A stretch of DNA of 58,367 nt from Acidimicrobiales bacterium. Lineage in GTDB: Bacteria > Actinomycetota > Acidimicrobiia > Acidimicrobiales > SZUA-35. The number at the start of each line of letters is the position of its first letter. Position 1 is the stretch's first letter. The notes below the pieces were generated by a model that saw only the letters and a list, made by a program, of their open reading frames with translations, had not been told where the DNA came from and made no database searches. A program made the translations under genes and the position numbers. This document shows, piece by piece, positions 29,082-39,249 of this stretch. Location of the stretch: positions 1 through 58,367 of the forward strand of contig JAHEJO010000003.1 in the NCBI GenBank assembly GCA_024638805.1, given 5' to 3'.

Positions 29082-29866
29082 GATGTCCTTTCGGCAGCAG
29101 TCCTGACCGCATCCACCAGTTCGGCCAGATCATCTACGACCACGTCGGCACCACTCCGGAGAAGGTTCTCGGCGCTCGAGCCCCGGTTGACCCCGACGAC
29201 GAGTCCGAAACCGCCGGCCCGGCCGGCGGCGACCCCACTCACGGCGTCCTCGAACACCACGGTCGCAGCCAGGTCCGCGCCGAGCTGTTTGGCGCCGAGC
29301 ATGAACGCATCCGGCGCCGGTTTGCCGGGCAACCCGAGATCGGCGCTGAGAACACCGTCGACGACCACCTCGAATCGACTGCCGAGACCCGCCCCGCTCA
29401 ACACCGGTCGGGCGTTCTTCGACGATGACACGATCCCCTGCGCGACTCCGAGGGCGTCGAGCGCGTCGAGCAGCGCCACGGAGCCCGGGTAGGCCGCAAT
29501 GCCCTCGCTCGAGACGATCGCATTGAACTCCTCGTTCTTCCTGTTGCCGAGGGCGCAGACCGTGTCCGCGCCGGGTGCGTCGGAGGGGTCTCCCTCGGGC
29601 AGTATCACACCCCGGCTTGCGAGGAATGATCGCACCCCGTCGTAGCGCGGTTTGCCATCCACATACTCCTCGTAGTCGCCGGGACTGAACGGTCGCCGGT
29701 CAGCCGCGCCCGCCGCTTCGCCATGTGCGTCGAGGAACCAATCGAAGAGCGCCGCCCAGGCTCTCTCGTGCACGACAGCGGTCGGGGTGATCACGCCGTC
29801 GAGGTCGAACAGGACGCCGTGCACATCGAGCCAGAAATCTGCTGTGAAAGGATCGGCGGAGACCAT
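29078..29866 (-). CDS. HAD hydrolase, beta-phosphoglucomutase family
   Basis: FDLDGVIT, VDGKPRYDGV, SSSKN, GKPAPD, FEDA. ATGA overlap with GH65. Confidence 0.92.
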   Translation of the reverse strand: MVSADPFTADFWLDVHGVLFDLDGVITPTAVVHERAWAALFDWFLDAHGEAAGAADRRPFSPGDYEEYVDGKPRYDGVRSFLASRGVILPEGDPSDAPGADTVCALGNRKNEEFNAIVSSEGIAAYPGSVALLDALDALGVAQGIVSSSKNARPVLSGAGLGSRFEVVVDGVLSADLGLPGKPAPDAFMLGAKQLGADLAATVVFEDAVSGVAAGRAGGFGLVVGVNRGSSAENLLRSGADVVVDDLAELVDAVRTAAERTS

Positions 29867-29954
29867 GCACGAGATAGTAGGAGAGCGCCCGTCCAAACAC
29901 TGCGCCACGCGCGATTCGCTGATTCCGGGTCGATCGCGGTCGATAAGTGGAATC

Positions 29955-31649
29955 ATGGTTCGTGTGCGCCGCATCATCCGCCGTTCACTCGTCGTCGCAG
30001 GTCTCGGGATCTGTTTCGCCACGGCACTGGCCGGCCCCGACGTGCCGGCGGTGATGGCACCCGTCGAGGCTCGTGCCTCCGACGTTCCAACCCAGGCGGG
30101 CGTTGCGGATCCTGCGGTCGACGTCGTCACGGTCGGCCACGCCGATGTTCTTCGCCTCTACTGGGCGTTCTTCAGTCGGGACCCCGATCCGGCAGGTGCT
30201 CGGTACTGGTTGGACCGGCACGATGCCGGTGCGACGATCGAACAGATCGCGCATTCGTTCTCCGTGTCCGACGAATTCCGCCTGACCTACGGAGCCACGA
30301 GCAACAGCGAGTTCGTGCGGATCGTCTATGCAAACGTGCTGGGCCGCGCACCCGACGACGCAGGCTTCGCCTACTGGACCGGGATCCTGAGCGACACATC
30401 CGCAAAACGGGCCAATGTGGTCCGTTGGGTGAGTGCCAGCACGGAGTTCATCTCCGCTCACCCTTACCGTCCCGATCCGGTCGCAAGGGCGGTGGCCGGG
30501 GATGCGGCGGTTCGTGCGGCGGTCGACGTCGTGGAATCGATCGCGGCGGGCCGTCCGACGCGCTTTCTTCCCGATGATCGAAGCACCGGTCTCGTCGCTG
30601 CGATCGACAGCTTGAGGAAGCGCTTCGGCCGCCACAGTTCGGTCGAACCCATTGGCGCCTGCCGCAGGTCGGGCGGCTCTGCGATCTGTGAGCTCGACAT
30701 CACCGAGGTGGGTATGACCCGACGGCTGGAACTCGTGGTGGAGAACGGACTGGTCACGGCGATGTCCGGTGTGGTTGGCCAGGGGCCCGACGAATGGGCG
30801 GTCGACGCGGTCCGCACCGCCGTGGCCGGCAACGAAGTTCTCGGCGTCAGAACGCTCACGCCAACGGAGCGAGGAGTCGTGTCCTCGGCGGCGCGCAGAA
30901 TCGCTCCGACGGTCGGAACGGTCGCAGGTGCACAGGTCGATCCCCGACCATCCTGCACCAACGGTGTTCTATCACCGGCGACCCCGGGGGCAGACAGCAC
31001 GATCCGGCGCGTCTGTGCCTTCGGAGTGTCGGGCCCGCTGCTCGATGTCACCGTCGAGGCGGTGGCCCACGGTGGTGTCTTCGCTGGACTGCACACGAAC
31101 GTTCCCCTGCAGTACAGCGAACAGCCGTATGCGCCATACGCAACGGTCGGACCGGTCACCCTCCACCACCCCGCCGACCGGGTGGAACGGATCGGGTTTC
31201 ATCAGTCCGGGCACGACGGCGCCCGACAGCAGGATCCGGCGGACACCGACACGTTGCGGATGATCCTCGACAGCCGTGGTCGCGGCACCGGGTCGAGGAC
31301 GGCGGCGGACATCGTGGTCCATCCCGAGGCAGAGATCCGAGCACCGGTGTCCGGTGTGGTGAAGCGGGCGGGGACTTACACGCTCTACTGTCGGTATTCG
31401 GATCACTATCTCGTCATCGAACCCGACGCCCGACCCGGATATGAAGTGAAGGTCCTGCACTTCGAGGGGCTGTCGGTCGAGAACGGAGATCGGGTCACCG
31501 CCGGCGTGACCGTCGTCGGCTCACGTGCTCGGCAGCTGCCATTCGAGTCCCAGGTCGATGCGTTCACCGCCGATCCCTCGAACGGCCACATCCACGTCGA
31601 GGTGGTCGATCCGAGCATCCCAGACCGTCCCAGCGGCCGCGGTTGCTGA
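29955..31649 (+). CDS. Secreted protein: DUF4214 (S-layer-like) domain plus C-terminal M23/LytM-like domain
   Basis: Signal peptide; RLYWAFFSRDPD..G..YW and YANVLGRAPD..G.AYW; RAPVSGVV, GDRVTAG, HIHVE. Confidence 0.82.
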   Translation: MVRVRRIIRRSLVVAGLGICFATALAGPDVPAVMAPVEARASDVPTQAGVADPAVDVVTVGHADVLRLYWAFFSRDPDPAGARYWLDRHDAGATIEQIAHSFSVSDEFRLTYGATSNSEFVRIVYANVLGRAPDDAGFAYWTGILSDTSAKRANVVRWVSASTEFISAHPYRPDPVARAVAGDAAVRAAVDVVESIAAGRPTRFLPDDRSTGLVAAIDSLRKRFGRHSSVEPIGACRRSGGSAICELDITEVGMTRRLELVVENGLVTAMSGVVGQGPDEWAVDAVRTAVAGNEVLGVRTLTPTERGVVSSAARRIAPTVGTVAGAQVDPRPSCTNGVLSPATPGADSTIRRVCAFGVSGPLLDVTVEAVAHGGVFAGLHTNVPLQYSEQPYAPYATVGPVTLHHPADRVERIGFHQSGHDGARQQDPADTDTLRMILDSRGRGTGSRTAADIVVHPEAEIRAPVSGVVKRAGTYTLYCRYSDHYLVIEPDARPGYEVKVLHFEGLSVENGDRVTAGVTVVGSRARQLPFESQVDAFTADPSNGHIHVEVVDPSIPDRPSGRGC

Positions 31650-31703
31650 GGTCCGCCTGCTGCGTTGGATCCACCGGAGCGCCGCTATCGTAGTCGCCTC
31701 TCT

Positions 31704-33524
31704 GTGAACGCCATCCCACGTCCCGATGAAACGACCTCCGCCTGGTTGGCGTTGGACTCCAGGCTCGAAGTGACCCCTGGAACCACTTCGGAGGCCCCGT
31801 CGGTCGACGGACCGTTCCTGTACCGCTGGCAGGTCGACGCCTTGTCGAGCTGGCTGAGATGCGGTCGCCAGGGCGTGATCGAAGCGGTGACCGGCTCGGG
31901 CAAGACGAACGTCGCGCTGGCCGCTGCAGCAGATGCCAAACGACGCGGGCTCTTCGTGCTCGTCGTCGTGCCCAGTCGGGTCCTGATGGAGCAGTGGAGC
32001 GAACGCCTCGGCGAAGCGCTGCCCGCGTGCACGATCGGCCGTCTGGGCGACAGCGGAACCGACAGACCCCCGGACTGCGACATCCTCGTCACGACTCGCC
32101 ACTCCGCCGCCAGCCGCAAACCGGTACCACCCAAGGGCATGGACGGGCTGCTCATCGCCGACGAGTGTCACGGCTTCGGCGGCAAGGTTCTCCGCAAGAG
32201 CTTGATGGCCGACTACAGCGAACGCCTCGGTCTCACCGCTACGTTGCAACGTTCCGATGATGCCGTCGACACCCTCCTGCTTCCGTACTTCGGGGGCATC
32301 TGCTACCGGTACGGCTTCGCCGAGGCAATCGCCGATGGGGTCTGCGCTCAACCCCGTGTCGGCTTCGTCGCCGTGCCTCTGACCGACGCGGAGCGCACGG
32401 ACTACATCGCCACCGAGCAGACCCTGGTCAACGCCCGACGGGTGTTGCGCCAGATCGACGACATGCCTCAGCGACCGTTCGGTGCGTTTCTGGCTGCGGT
32501 GCAGTACCTGGCCGCCAACGATGGGGGACCAAACGGCAAAGCCGCCAGCGAGTACCTCGAGGCGTTCGGCAGCCGTCGGGAGATCGTCGCCAACAGTCAG
32601 GCCAAGTATGAAGCCCTGGGGATCTTCGCCGAACCGATCAACGAATCGGACGGCACGCTGCTCTTCACCGAGACCGTGCGAGCAGCCAATCACGCCATCA
32701 ACCGGCTCGATCCTCATACGACGATCGAGATCATCACGGGCGAGACGCCCCGTCGTGAGCGGGAGACCATTCTCGGCGACTTCCGCGACCAGAAGCTTCG
32801 AGCCGTCGCCGCCCCGAAGGTGCTCGACGAGGGCGTCGACGTACCTGATGCGAACCTCGGGATCGTCGTCAGCGCCAGCAGGACACGCCGCCAGATGATC
32901 CAGCGGATGGGTCGCATTCTGCGGCGGAAGAAGGAGGGGAGCGGGGCCCGTTTCGTCATCATCTTCGCAAGCGACACCATGGAGGACCCCACCGCAGGTG
33001 CCGATGCTGATGGGTTCATCGGGGAGATCGAGGAGATCGCCGAAGATGCTCAGGTGTTCACACCAGCTCGACACACCGACATCGCCCGGTACCTCGATTT
33101 CAGCGGGCCCGAAAAGGTCAACGAGCCGAACCGCATCGGCCCGCTCCGGCCGACCGCCGACGTGTTGGAGGCCTTTCAGCTGGCCGATCCGGCCGAGCGT
33201 TATGCGCTGGCGCACTTCGTGCCGTGGTCGGCCCCGCTGGACGACCGACTGGCGGTGCTCGTCCCTCACGCCGAGACCTTCGCCGCCTTGTACGACGAAC
33301 GACGGCCGTATCGGGACTTGGACCTCACCAACCTGCCCGAGGTGCTGCAGCCCAAGAAACGTAAGAAGGAGAAGCGACTGTCGACGGGCGAAGCGCCACT
33401 CCGGATGATCGCCATCGACCAGGGGTTCGCGCTCCAATGCCTCGGTTGTGGAGCGATGTCGGAGGTGACGCCGTTCAAGTGGAAGGCACTCGAACAAACC
33501 GTGAAGTGCGACTGCGTTGCCTGA
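31704..33524 (+). CDS. SF2 DExH helicase (XPB/Rad25/ResIII-like) with C-terminal Zn-ribbon
   Basis: YRWQ, TGSGKT, DECH, GLTAT, LDEGVDVP, QRMGRILR, C-terminal CLGC...CDC. Start is uncertain (31665 or 31704). Confidence 0.9.
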   Translation: MNAIPRPDETTSAWLALDSRLEVTPGTTSEAPSVDGPFLYRWQVDALSSWLRCGRQGVIEAVTGSGKTNVALAAAADAKRRGLFVLVVVPSRVLMEQWSERLGEALPACTIGRLGDSGTDRPPDCDILVTTRHSAASRKPVPPKGMDGLLIADECHGFGGKVLRKSLMADYSERLGLTATLQRSDDAVDTLLLPYFGGICYRYGFAEAIADGVCAQPRVGFVAVPLTDAERTDYIATEQTLVNARRVLRQIDDMPQRPFGAFLAAVQYLAANDGGPNGKAASEYLEAFGSRREIVANSQAKYEALGIFAEPINESDGTLLFTETVRAANHAINRLDPHTTIEIITGETPRRERETILGDFRDQKLRAVAAPKVLDEGVDVPDANLGIVVSASRTRRQMIQRMGRILRRKKEGSGARFVIIFASDTMEDPTAGADADGFIGEIEEIAEDAQVFTPARHTDIARYLDFSGPEKVNEPNRIGPLRPTADVLEAFQLADPAERYALAHFVPWSAPLDDRLAVLVPHAETFAALYDERRPYRDLDLTNLPEVLQPKKRKKEKRLSTGEAPLRMIAIDQGFALQCLGCGAMSEVTPFKWKALEQTVKCDCVA

Positions 33525-33975
33525 CACACCGACGCTGAAGCTGGACCGAGACGGCCTGCACCGATTCATTTCGGAGGTGTGGCCGGCTCAACAGGACGCC
33601 TACGATCCCGCTCGCTACGAAGCACTCCGACCGTTCTTCTGCCGGTATCGCTACCCGGTGACCGGAGACGACCTCCGCCCGGGGGCGACGGTGAGTGGGC
33701 CGACCATGATGCGCCTCGCCGACATCGCATCGTACTCGTTGATACTGGCTCACCTCGGTGACGCAGCGCTGGCGGTGACGACCGGCCTGTCGATCGATTT
33801 TCTCCGCCGACCCGTCGGCCCCACCTTGGTCTGTGACGCTGAACTGGTAAAACTGGGCCGCTCGCTGGCGGTCAGCCGGATCACGATCGGCAGTGCCGAG
33901 GACGGATCCGAGCCGAACCTTGCTGAACCCGAGGCGATCGCCAACGTCACCTACTCCCTTTCGCTCCTGCGCTGA
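33517..33975 (+). CDS. PaaI family hotdog-fold thioesterase
   Basis: LRPGATVSGPTMMRLAD, AVTTGLSIDFLR, KLGRSLAV. Confidence 0.9.
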   Translation: MPDTPTLKLDRDGLHRFISEVWPAQQDAYDPARYEALRPFFCRYRYPVTGDDLRPGATVSGPTMMRLADIASYSLILAHLGDAALAVTTGLSIDFLRRPVGPTLVCDAELVKLGRSLAVSRITIGSAEDGSEPNLAEPEAIANVTYSLSLLR

Positions 33976-34161
33976 CAGCGGAGATTCGTGGCGGTCGCCC
34001 CGCTCGTGGTCGGCGGACACCTGCGCTCCCGATTACGCGGCTCGCGAGGCCGCCTCGCAGCAGCCGTCCCAGACCGGGGTTCTCCGACATCGAGTCGCCG
34101 CCGTCACCGGCTACCACCGGGTAACCGACCGGAGGTCTCCAACGGCAGTATCTTCGATGGT

Positions 34162-35589
34162 GTGAAGCGCCGCACCAAGATCATCGCCAGCATCGGTCCG
34201 ACCTCCGACAACGAAGCGACCCTGAAGGACATGATCGAGGCCGGCATGGACGTCGCTCGGATCAACCTCTCCCACGGGACCTTGGACGAAGCGCTCGATC
34301 GATACCGTCGCGTGCGATCGGTCGCCGAATTCATGGGTGCCAACGTCGGCATTCTGGCCGATCTACCCGGTCCCAAGGTCCGCATGGGATCGTTCGCCGA
34401 ACCCAAGGTGCTCGAGACGGGTGAGGAGTTTCGGCTGACGCCAGGCACCGAACCGAGCGGCTCGGACACTTTCAGCGTCGACTACGACACCCTTCTCCAC
34501 GACGTCGTGAATGGCGATCGCCTGATCGTCGGCGACGGTGCGGTCGTGTTCCAAGTCGTCGGGTCGACTCGTGATGCGCTCAACGTGCGGGTCGTCTACG
34601 GCGGGAAGATCCAAGGGAAACCAGGCCTGCACATCCCGTCGGACCGGCTCAAGGTGAGCACGCCGACCCAAGAGGACCTCCGCCTCCTCGACGCATTCGT
34701 CACCGTCGGCATCGACATGATCGCCCTGAGTTTCGTTCGTTCCGCCCACGACATCCGGCGGGTCGGGACCGAGCCGGCGCCACGAGGTCCGCTGATCGTG
34801 GCCAAGATCGAGACCAAGGCGGCCGTCGAGAACCTCGACGGCGTCATCATGGCCTCGGGTGCGGTCATGGTCGCTCGAGGTGATCTCGGTGCCGAGTGCT
34901 CGATCCAGGAGCTTCCGCACCTCCAGAAGGACATCATCTCCCGGTGCATCGCCCTCGGACGTCCCGCGATCACCGCCACCCAGATGCTCGAGTCGATGAT
35001 CACCGCCCCCGCACCGACGCGGGCCGAGGCCTCCGATGTGGCCAACGCCGTCTTCGACGGAACATCGGCGGTCATGCTCTCGGCTGAGACAGCCGTCGGA
35101 CGGGATCCGGCCAACGTGGTCGCCACGATGGCCGCCATCGCGTTGCGCGCCGACCAAGAGTTCGACTACGAGGGGTGGGCCCCGCACATCAAACGAGACC
35201 GGCTGATGGAACCTCAATCCCTGGATGCCGCTGTCACCGACGTCATGACGATGGCCACGTGGCGGGCGGCAATGGAAATGGGCGTCAAAGCGATCCTGTG
35301 TATCTCTCGCAGCGGCTTCACGGTCAGGGCGATCGCACGTTTCAGGCCCCAGGCGATGATCCTCGGCTTCAGCCCCTTGGAGCGCACCGTGCGTCAACTG
35401 TCGATGAGCTGGGGCGCCCATGCGGTGAAGATCGACAAGATCGAAAGCCACGATGAATCGGTCACCAACGTGCTCAGGATCGCCAAGGACGAAGGGTTCA
35501 TCCGGTCGGGCGACGTCGTGGCGGTGCTCGGCGGGTCGAGCGCCACCGTTGGTGCTACGGACACGCTCCGCATGGTTCGCTGCCCCTGA
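34162..35589 (+). CDS. pyk: Pyruvate kinase
   Basis: RTKIIASIGP, RINLSHG, DLPGPKVR, AKIE, MVARGDLG, ATQMLESM. Start GTG 34162. Confidence 0.97.
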   Translation: MKRRTKIIASIGPTSDNEATLKDMIEAGMDVARINLSHGTLDEALDRYRRVRSVAEFMGANVGILADLPGPKVRMGSFAEPKVLETGEEFRLTPGTEPSGSDTFSVDYDTLLHDVVNGDRLIVGDGAVVFQVVGSTRDALNVRVVYGGKIQGKPGLHIPSDRLKVSTPTQEDLRLLDAFVTVGIDMIALSFVRSAHDIRRVGTEPAPRGPLIVAKIETKAAVENLDGVIMASGAVMVARGDLGAECSIQELPHLQKDIISRCIALGRPAITATQMLESMITAPAPTRAEASDVANAVFDGTSAVMLSAETAVGRDPANVVATMAAIALRADQEFDYEGWAPHIKRDRLMEPQSLDAAVTDVMTMATWRAAMEMGVKAILCISRSGFTVRAIARFRPQAMILGFSPLERTVRQLSMSWGAHAVKIDKIESHDESVTNVLRIAKDEGFIRSGDVVAVLGGSSATVGATDTLRMVRCP

Positions 35590-35658
35590 CCGCCGACGCT
35601 GGGCGTTGCCCCACGCCATCGACATATCACCCGAGCGCCCACGTCGTAGGCTTGGCAC

Positions 35659-36600
35659 GTGCCGCCCATCAGTCGCCGCATCAGCAGCGGCTTCGGTCGC
35701 CGGGGCCTCCTCCGTGAACGACTGGCCGAGGCGCGCTCACGGTTCAAGGACGAACCCAAAACGGCGTTCGTTCTCAGCGGCGGCGGCGTCTTGGGATCGG
35801 TTCAGGTTGGCATGCTGCGGGCGCTGACCGAGGCCGAGATCAGGCCCGATGTCATCACCGGATGCTCTGTGGGCGCGATCAACGGTGCAACCTTCGCCGC
35901 AGACCCGACCCGGGCCGGCGTCGATCGGCTGGTCCGGCTGTGGAGCAACCTCGCCGATGGGAAACCGGATCTCATGCCTCGGACAATGATGCCGTTGATC
36001 GCTCAGTTGAGCTTCAAGCGAGCCAGCATTCACGATCCGGCCGTGCTCGAAGAGATGCTTCGCGACGAACTCCCCGCATTGACCTTCTCCGAGCTCAGGG
36101 TCCCGTTCGCCTGCGTGGCGACCGATGCGCACCAGGCGTCGGCCTACTGGTTCGATTCGGGGCCGCTGATCCCTGCGCTCATGGCCTCTGCCGCGCTGCC
36201 GGCGGTCTATCCACCGGTGGAGATCGGCGGCAGACTGCTCTACGACGGTGGTGTCGTCAACGAACTGCCACTTCAATGGGCCCTAGCTAACGGCGCACGA
36301 ACCCTGTACATCCTGCAGGTCGGGCACCTCGATCCTCGACCTCTCGAACCGCAGAAACCGTTCGATTCGCTGATGCATGCGTACTGGACTGCGCGGATCC
36401 AGAGGGTGGAGGAGGACCTGGCCGAGATCAGCGATGATTGCGACGTCATCCGCCTTCCCGCCGGCGGTTCTCCACGGGTCCGTTTCGACGATTGGAGTCA
36501 GAGCCGTCAGCTGATGACCGCGTCCTACGAGTCCAGCCGCACATTCCTCGCCACCGGCCAAGGACCCGATCCGGCCGAGGGACCGACGTCGTCACTGTGA
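35659..36600 (+). CDS. Patatin-like phospholipase
   Basis: SGGG, GCSVG nucleophile elbow, DGG. Confidence 0.93.
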   Translation: MPPISRRISSGFGRRGLLRERLAEARSRFKDEPKTAFVLSGGGVLGSVQVGMLRALTEAEIRPDVITGCSVGAINGATFAADPTRAGVDRLVRLWSNLADGKPDLMPRTMMPLIAQLSFKRASIHDPAVLEEMLRDELPALTFSELRVPFACVATDAHQASAYWFDSGPLIPALMASAALPAVYPPVEIGGRLLYDGGVVNELPLQWALANGARTLYILQVGHLDPRPLEPQKPFDSLMHAYWTARIQRVEEDLAEISDDCDVIRLPAGGSPRVRFDDWSQSRQLMTASYESSRTFLATGQGPDPAEGPTSSL

Positions 36601-36655
36601 ACGGGTGCATACCAGCGAGCCCCGACCAACCGAACATCTCGTTACCCTGTTGCGA

Positions 36656-37096
36656 GTGACGAACCTCGATCTGGGTGGCAGTGGGCCGCCCGAGACGATT
36701 CTGCCCGAAGTGGTCGAGGACCTGAGTTCCCGACTCGACGACGCCCTGGCTCTGCGCGACGCCGACGACCGACGCGCAGCGATCTCGGGCATCGTCGCCG
36801 ACAACCCCCGATACCTCGAGGCCTGGGCCCGGCTGGGCGAACTCGGACGTGATCCGATAGAACGCTATGCCGCCTTCCGCGTCGGCTATCACCGCGGTCT
36901 CGACACCCTTCGTCAGAACGGTTGGCGAGGCTCGGGGTATGTTCGCTGGCAACATCGGACCAACCGTGGGTTTCTTCGGGCGCTGCACGGACTCCATGTC
37001 GCGGCCACCGAAATCGGCGAAGACGACGAGGCAGAACGCACCGCCATCTTCCTGCGTCAGCTGGATCCGTCGTGGCCCCCGTCCGAGCTGGCCTGA
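36656..37096 (+). CDS. DUF3151 family protein
   Basis: YAAFRVGYHRGLDTLRQNGWRGSG, NRGFLRAL. GTG 36656 has TACCCT 7 nt upstream. Confidence 0.88.
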   Translation: MTNLDLGGSGPPETILPEVVEDLSSRLDDALALRDADDRRAAISGIVADNPRYLEAWARLGELGRDPIERYAAFRVGYHRGLDTLRQNGWRGSGYVRWQHRTNRGFLRALHGLHVAATEIGEDDEAERTAIFLRQLDPSWPPSELA

Positions 37097-37101
37097 GCAG
37101 G

Positions 37102-37683
37102 ATGCCGCCGATCGGCGGGGCGATCCTCGCCGGAGGTTCGTCGCATCGATTCGGGACGGACAAGGCGCTGGCTCCCACGCCGACAGGACCTCTGGCGATG
37201 GTCGTGTTGTCAGCGATGCGATCCGCGGGGGTCGATCCGGTCGTCCTGATCGGAGGCTCGGCGGAACTCTCTGCTGCGCTCTCGGTGCCCTCGGTCGCTG
37301 ACCGAATCCCCGGCGAGGGTCCGCTTTCCGGCCTCGGTACGGCGCTGGCCTGGGCGTCGGGCGTTGCCCGAGTCGTCGTCGTGCCGTGCGACATGCCGTC
37401 GGTGACCCCGGAGGTGATCCGAGCCCTGTTGGCAGCGGGCGACAACGCCACCGCAGCCGTTGCGCGGTTGGACCGTGGCCCTCACCCGATCGTCGGATGC
37501 TGGCCGACACAGCGATCCTCGGCGATCAACGCTCTGTTGCGCTCGGGGGAGCGACGCATGCGGGCCTCACTGGACACCGGTCCCTACGTCGAGGTCGAGA
37601 TCGATCCCGAGCTGCTGGCTGATGCCGACGATCCCGGACAGCTGGCCAGAATCCTGAAGTCGACGGGTTCTGATCTAGAGTAG
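37102..37683 (+). CDS. mobA: Molybdenum cofactor guanylyltransferase
   Basis: ILAGGSSHRFGTDKA, GPLSG, PCDMP. Confidence 0.88.
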   Translation: MPPIGGAILAGGSSHRFGTDKALAPTPTGPLAMVVLSAMRSAGVDPVVLIGGSAELSAALSVPSVADRIPGEGPLSGLGTALAWASGVARVVVVPCDMPSVTPEVIRALLAAGDNATAAVARLDRGPHPIVGCWPTQRSSAINALLRSGERRMRASLDTGPYVEVEIDPELLADADDPGQLARILKSTGSDLE

Positions 37684-37688
37684 GGATC

Positions 37689-38867
37689 TTGCCGCAGCTG
37701 ATCACCAGAGGTGCCGACCTCGATGCCTTCGTGGACAGGGCACTCCAGGGGGAGAGGTATGCGATCGACACCGAGTTCCATCGCGAACGGACCTACTACC
37801 CCCAAGTTGCCCTCGTACAGATCGCACTCGAGGACGAGATCGTTCTCATCGACCCTCTCCAGGTCGATCTCGGGTCACTCCGGCCGTTGCTCGAAAGCGA
37901 AGCGATGTGCGTTGCACACGCAGCAGCCCAGGATCTCGAGGTGCTTGAACGGGCGTGTGGCACAGCCCCCGCCAACCTGTTCGACACCCAGATCGCCGCC
38001 GGGTTCCTGGGTTTGTCCTCCGCCTCGCTGGCCACGCTCGTCAGGAAATACGAGGGCGTCCAACTGACCAAGGGTGATCGGCTCACCGATTGGCTTCGGC
38101 GGCCGCTGACCGACGACCAGGTGAGGTATGCCGCTGCCGACGTCGAATATCTGCTGGGGGTGACCGACAAACTGGTCGCCGGACTGGCCGAACGGGGGCG
38201 GATGGGCTGGGTCGAAGACGAGTGTCAGCGCCTGCTCGACACCGCACTCCGGAAACGATCACCGTTGGATTCACTCCGCCGGATCAAGGAAGCCCGCTCG
38301 ATGAAGGGTGCGAGCCTTGCCGTCGCCCTCGAGCTCGTCATCTGGCGGGAGGAGCGGGCGGCGAGGATCGATGTGCCGGTGCGCTCGGTCCTGAGCGATA
38401 TCGCACTCGTCGGGGTCGCCCAACGGGCGCCTACCACCGAGAAGGGCCTGCGCGAGATCCGCGGTGTGGATGCTCGTCACCTGCGGGGTGAGGGCGTGAT
38501 CGGGGAGATTCTGGCCACTGTTGCCCGTGGATCCCGGGCCACGCCGCCCTCGCCGTTGCGCAATAGAGACGCAGATCTCGAACGCTCCTTACGTCCGGTC
38601 ATCTCCCTCGTAACCTCGTGGGTTTCGCAGGTTGCCCGCGACTACGATCTCGATCCGGCCGCTCTCGCCACCCGCGGCGACGTGGAGGCGTTTCTCGCGG
38701 ATCGGAGTGACAGCCGTCTTGATCGGGGGTGGCGCAACGAGCTTGTCGGGGCACCGATTCGGGCGCTGGTGCGAGGCAAGGCGGCGCTGGCCTTCGACGG
38801 CAGCGGCGGTTTGGTGCTCGAGCACCGCAGTGGGAAGTTGTTCGGAAGGTTGGAGTCGCCCGATTAG
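37689..38867 (+). CDS. rnd: Ribonuclease D (DEDDy exonuclease plus HRDC)
   Basis: AIDTEF, HAAAQD, LFDTQIAA, DWLRRPL, YAAADV, WREERA. Confidence 0.94.
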   Translation: MPQLITRGADLDAFVDRALQGERYAIDTEFHRERTYYPQVALVQIALEDEIVLIDPLQVDLGSLRPLLESEAMCVAHAAAQDLEVLERACGTAPANLFDTQIAAGFLGLSSASLATLVRKYEGVQLTKGDRLTDWLRRPLTDDQVRYAAADVEYLLGVTDKLVAGLAERGRMGWVEDECQRLLDTALRKRSPLDSLRRIKEARSMKGASLAVALELVIWREERAARIDVPVRSVLSDIALVGVAQRAPTTEKGLREIRGVDARHLRGEGVIGEILATVARGSRATPPSPLRNRDADLERSLRPVISLVTSWVSQVARDYDLDPAALATRGDVEAFLADRSDSRLDRGWRNELVGAPIRALVRGKAALAFDGSGGLVLEHRSGKLFGRLESPD

Positions 38868-39029
38868 TCAGTCGTCGTCGTCGGACTCGACGAGGCGGGC
38901 CTCGTCGGTAACGGGCAGGTCAAACGGGTCGTCGTCCAACCGATCGAACAAGGACTCGATGTCGTCGTTGTGGACAGTCTGTTTGAGGGCACGAGCTTCT
39001 TCGTACCTACGGTGGCGCCCTTTTTTCAC
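38868..39029 (-). CDS. Small 53-aa protein with basic N-terminus and acidic C-terminus
   Basis: TACAAT -10 (39083-39078), leader hairpin CGGTGC-AAA-GCACCG, AGGAG SD 6 nt before GTG 39029. Sequence MKKGRHRRYEEARALKQ...LVESDDDD. Confidence 0.7.
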   Translation of the reverse strand: MKKGRHRRYEEARALKQTVHNDDIESLFDRLDDDPFDLPVTDEARLVESDDDD

Positions 39030-39249
39030 GCGGCACTCCTGACAAATCGATGCTCGGTGCTTTGCACCGGGTTCTCTATTGTAGGCGAAAATGTCACCCG
39101 GCGCGAACCGGGCCTGGTGAAAAGGGCCGTCGGCGCTCAAGATGGGTCATTTGGCCCATTTGACCCGGTTGGCTGAGCTCTGCCTCCGCATGTGCGAAAC
39201 GGGTTTTGTGGTTCGGGGTACGCCGACGTCGCGATGATCGGCGGCAGTA

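Noticed and set aside
31704-33524. Type III restriction or other defence helicase
   Set aside because: No methyltransferase, nuclease domain or defence neighbours.
33976-34161. Regulatory RNA upstream of pyk
   Set aside because: Only generic GC-rich stems, with no match to a riboswitch I recognise; pyk appears leaderless.
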